Below, in pieces: positions 17,941-20,996 of a stretch of 20,996 bases of DNA. Every line of letters begins with the position of its first letter. Position 1 is the first letter of the stretch. A program made the translations under genes and the position numbers. This DNA is from an uncultured bacterium. GTDB taxonomy: Bacteria > Actinomycetota > Acidimicrobiia > Spongiisociales > UBA5794. Below the pieces are notes generated by a model. That model ran no database searches. It saw nothing but the letters and a program-made list of their open reading frames with translations, and had not been told where the DNA came from. Location: assembly GCA_963801165.1 (NCBI GenBank), contig CAWDDT010000008.1, positions 1-20,996 on the forward strand. The letters run 5' to 3'.

Positions 17941-17982
17941 ACCGGTAGAAACACCGGTAGAAAACCCTTCGGGACGGTAGAA
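17941..17982. repeat. Arm-type-like repeats next to att
   Basis: ACCGGTAGAAA at 17941 and 17953 (12-bp period), CGGTAGAA at 17975. Confidence 0.7.
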
Positions 17983-18011
17983 GCCCCGGTCAGCACATCG
18001 CTGACCGGGGC
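17983..18011 (-). terminator. Hairpin downstream of tRNA 3' remnant
   Basis: GCCCCGGTCAGC-ACATC-GCTGACCGGGGC, perfect 12-bp stem. Confidence 0.75.
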
Positions 18012-18013
18012 AT

Positions 18014-18059
18014 TTCGTAGCGGGAGTGGGATTTGAGCCTACGACCTTCGGGTTGCGAG
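18014..18059 (-). repeat. Degenerate tRNA-fMet 3' half (att core)
   Basis: 41/46 identical to 6744-6789; T loop and anticodon mutated. Confidence 0.88.
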
Positions 18060-18184
18060 CCAGGCGAGGTGGTTTGTGTCGATTCCGCCATGTCCACCGT
18101 CGAGGCTTCCCGTTCACCGGGCGAGATCGTGTGCGCCGACGGTGTGCGCTCACCTTGTTGGAGGACGGTACCCTGCTCGAACCC

Positions 18185-19258
18185 ATGCAGTCTCGTACTC
18201 GCCTATCGATGGTGACCCTCCTCGCCTTTCTCTTCCTCACCGGTTGCGCCTCCTCGGACCCGGGGGTCGTGGGATCTACCACCGTGTCCACGACCACAAC
18301 ATCGGCATCGGTCCCGACATCGACGCCACCGTCCACCGTGGAGGCGACACCCGACACCGTGGCGGCACGGTCGGAGTTTCGTGTTATCGGGTACATCAAC
18401 ACGTGGGACCGATTTCCCGAGAGCATCGGGGACATCGATTTGTCGGCGCTCACCCAGATCAACATCGCCTTCGCCAATCCCGACGACCAAGGCGATCTCG
18501 GTCCTATCGAAGGACTCGACGAAGCCGTGTCGGCCATCCATGCGGCCGGACCTGACGTCGTCCTCTCCCTCGGTGGCGCCGACCTCGGGGGCTCGGAGGA
18601 CGCGTGGCGGCAGCTCACGGCACCTTCGAAGGTCGACGAGTTCTCCGACCGGATCGTGGCATATGCGATCGAGCACGATCTCGACGGCATCGACATCGAT
18701 CTGGAGGGAGACATCATCGGCGACCAATACGCCCCGTTCGTCGCCGCCCTGGCCGATCGTCTCCATGCTTACGACAAGACGGTGACGGCGGCTGTCGCCA
18801 CCTGGTTCATCAACCAGATCCCGCCGTCGACGTTTGCCGACTTCGACCACGTCAACATCATGTCATACGACGCCACCGGCCCATGGGATCCCGACCGGCC
18901 CGGACCACACTCGTCGTTCGAGATGGCCGTCTCCGACCTGGAGACGTGGATCGGGTACGGCCTCCCGGCCGAAAAGGCCGGCGTCGGCGTGCCGTTCTAC
19001 GGCTACGGGTTCGGTAGCTACGCATCCAAGCCCGAGTACTCCTATGCCGAAATCATCGCCGAGTACCCGGACGCAGCCGCACACGACCAGATCGGTACAG
19101 CCGCAAACGCCATCTACTACAACGGCCCTGACACGATTCGCGCCAAGACCGAGATGGCTCTCCGGCAGGCAGGCGGTGTGATGATCTGGCAGCTCACATC
19201 GGACGCGACCGGTGACGAGTCGCTCCTCGCAGTGATCACCTCAACCGTCAACGGATGA
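18185..19258 (+). CDS. GH18 (chitinase-like) glycosyl hydrolase, lipoprotein
   Basis: Lipobox LTGC, Thr/Ser linker, INIAFA, LSLGG, catalytic DGIDIDLE, NIMSYD, GVPFYG, GGVMIW. Confidence 0.93.
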   Translation: MQSRTRLSMVTLLAFLFLTGCASSDPGVVGSTTVSTTTTSASVPTSTPPSTVEATPDTVAARSEFRVIGYINTWDRFPESIGDIDLSALTQINIAFANPDDQGDLGPIEGLDEAVSAIHAAGPDVVLSLGGADLGGSEDAWRQLTAPSKVDEFSDRIVAYAIEHDLDGIDIDLEGDIIGDQYAPFVAALADRLHAYDKTVTAAVATWFINQIPPSTFADFDHVNIMSYDATGPWDPDRPGPHSSFEMAVSDLETWIGYGLPAEKAGVGVPFYGYGFGSYASKPEYSYAEIIAEYPDAAAHDQIGTAANAIYYNGPDTIRAKTEMALRQAGGVMIWQLTSDATGDESLLAVITSTVNG

Positions 19259-19339
19259 CCAACAGAGGCGCCGGACGCGCAGGCAACCGGCCCGACTTGC
19301 CAACCGCTCGCCCCACGGAAAGCACCCGGCTTCGGAGGA

Positions 19340-19364
19340 GAACCTACGACCTTCGGGTCATGAG
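19340..19364 (-). repeat. Short tRNA-fMet remnant (att core)
   Basis: GAACCTACGACCTTCGGGTCATGAG is 24/25 identical to 6765-6789. Confidence 0.85.
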
Positions 19365-19380
19365 ACCTGGGGTCATGGTT

Positions 19381-19480
19381 TCGCTGACCAGGCGAAATCC
19401 ACGAAACGCCTGTACAGAGTGCACTTTCGGTTCGCGTCATTTCGCGTTCTCGACCGTCCCATGTCCCCGGAATCGCGGTC
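19381..19480. repeat. att arm region homologous to 6803-6895
   Basis: Shared colinear blocks TCGCTGA, CGAAACGCC, GGTTCGC(A/G)TCATTTCGCGT, GTCCCAT. Confidence 0.75.
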
Positions 19481-19878
19481 TATCTCACTATCTCGTCGAG
19501 TTCGGCGATCAGCCGCCGAGGTGCCGTGAGCCGGTAAGACTCTTCGATCAGCTCAGCGACCTCGTCGAAGTCGGAGTCGGATTCGAGATCGAGGCCGAGC
19601 CAACCGGATGGGCCGAGATAGGCCGGCACCCAGAAGCGTGTGTCCGTCTCGAGTGCCGGCCGCTCCTGCGGGTCAGGGAGGAACACGACCGCGCGGTCAT
19701 GCCCGACCCACTCGTTTCCGACCCTCATCGAGCCGCCGTAGTAGACGAACACCTTGCGGGTGAAGAATGCGGGGCGGCCATGCGACTCCTTCTCCCCGGA
19801 CCCGGGAAAGGCGAGTGCGACCTCACGCACCCGGCTCAGGAGCGGGTCCTCCGGGTCGTACATCCGCGGGTGTGCCAT
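19480..19878 (-). CDS. MmcQ/YjbR family protein
   Basis: RVREVALAFPG..EK.SHGRPAF, RFWVPAYLGPSGWLGLDL, EVAELIEESYRLTAP. Confidence 0.9.
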   Translation of the reverse strand: MAHPRMYDPEDPLLSRVREVALAFPGSGEKESHGRPAFFTRKVFVYYGGSMRVGNEWVGHDRAVVFLPDPQERPALETDTRFWVPAYLGPSGWLGLDLESDSDFDEVAELIEESYRLTAPRRLIAELDEIVR

Positions 19879-20029
19879 CCGACGAGTATCGCTGCTGTCG
19901 TCAGACGGGGCAACACCCTGGCCGAGTCGACCTGGCTACCGGCGAAACGATCGACTGGCACAACGTTTGTGCGGTGGGTCATCTCCGGGTACCGAAGCTT
20001 CGGGCGAACAGCGGGGACCAACTGGGGCC

Positions 20030-20650
20030 ACCATCGACCATGGTCGCCACCACCGCGCCCGGGCTTCTACCCTGCCGGATGACACCGCCACTCCGACCAG
20101 CGCATCCGGCGGCAGACCATGCCGGGGGTAGGTGCTCGTGAAGGCCTCACCATCGGATGTGAGCACCCGGGGCGGCCAGAGCCTCTCGTACCCGATCTGG
20201 TCGTGCCTGCTCCGTTCGATGAGCGAGTGGTCGACCACCACCCCGGTCGCCACGACATCCCGGAACTCGGCGAAGTCGAGGAAGAACACGTCTTCCGGAT
20301 CCGAAAGCGCTCCGGCGTCGACGAGGCGCTCGGCCTCGGCCAGCAGGATGCTCCGGTAGATGTGGTACCGGCTGGCCATCCCCTACCTGGCGAACTCCCG
20401 GTACCCGATGAACGTGCGCAGCCGATCGATCATCATCTTGGTCTCGGTGGCCTTGCGATTCCCGTCCGGGAGAGTGCGCACTAGGGCGCGCACCTCGCGT
20501 TCGGCGGCTCGGCGGAGCCCCTGCTCGGATCGCCGGACGGCCTCACCCGGCTGGGAGTGGCGGACATGGCCCATGATCGCCTGGAGGAGCGCAGCGGGGT
20601 GCTCCGCCCACTGGCGGCGAGTGATGGCAATCTCGGCTATTCGGAGACAC
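20030..20650 (-). pseudogene. rph: Rifamycin phosphotransferase (PEP synthase-like) internal fragment
   Basis: EI.ITR..W.E.P, LPDG..KA.ETK.MIDR.RTFIGYRE, EAERLV.AG, PPRVLTSDGE, VSSGRVEARAR; in-frame TAG at 20383-20385; both ends missing. Confidence 0.8.
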
Positions 20651-20907
20651 CGGCCCGGAACGCGACGATCGCCGCCGAGCCGCATGAGGCCTCCGGGCTG
20701 CTCAGACCATCGTGGGGCACTGCGACGTGCGGTCGTAGAAGGCACACCGGGGAGACTGGGCATGTCGGACGCGAGCTGCTCCCATCCGCCTGATCCGGCT
20801 GGTCTCTGTGACGACTTCGGGCGACACGCCCGAAGTTGGGCACCGAAACTGTCAGGCACCAACCGGAGCCACGATGTCCATCATGAACCGAAACAGCACA
20901 TTGGCGT

Positions 20908-20927
20908 CCGCGCGATGGACGCGCGAT
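20908..20927. repeat. Arm-type-like doublet identical to 6895-6914
   Basis: CCGCGCGATGGACGCGCGAT, 20/20, same orientation. Confidence 0.8.
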
Positions 20928-20967
20928 ACGGGCAGATGTCACGCAACAAGCGGGAGGTCTAGGACGC

Positions 20968-20996
20968 CGAAACCCCTTGCAGTGCAAGGGGTTTCG
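20968..20996. terminator. Perfect hairpin at window end
   Basis: CGAAACCCCTTGC-AGT-GCAAGGGGTTTCG; ends in TTCG, the way the other tRNA remnants begin. Confidence 0.7.

Noticed and set aside
20720-20793. Rossmann-like scrap TGETGHVGRELL
   Set aside because: Too short and needs an assumed frameshift

Overview
High-GC, actinobacterial-looking accessory DNA (inferred from an F420-dependent reductase and actinobacterial-type IS ends) built up at a tRNA-fMet integration hotspot. No intact tRNA is present. Four minus-strand copies of the tRNA-fMet 3' portion (128-143, 6744-6789, 18014-18059, 19340-19364), with hairpins and integrase arm-like repeats, divide the window into tandem island remnants, and a fifth copy probably begins at the window end. 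Segment 144-6743 is an IS481 shell flanked by a 16-bp direct repeat. Its transposase is split by about 5.9 kb of cargo: two DHFR/RibD-like genes with a shared ECF-type promoter motif, a decayed type I RM locus enclosing an intact AAA-DUF4143 ATPase/nuclease preceded by 23-bp tandem repeats, a Ddn-like reductase and an IS21 end. The central island has a PepSY protein, two OmpR-type two-component systems, an ABC exporter with a frameshifted lipoprotein, a dead tyrosine integrase, DUF4396 and PPC/DUF296 genes. Small terminal modules carry a GH18 lipoprotein, and MmcQ/YjbR plus a rifamycin phosphotransferase pseudogene. Many short gene scraps lie between the intact genes. All family calls come from motif recognition by eye, not database searches.
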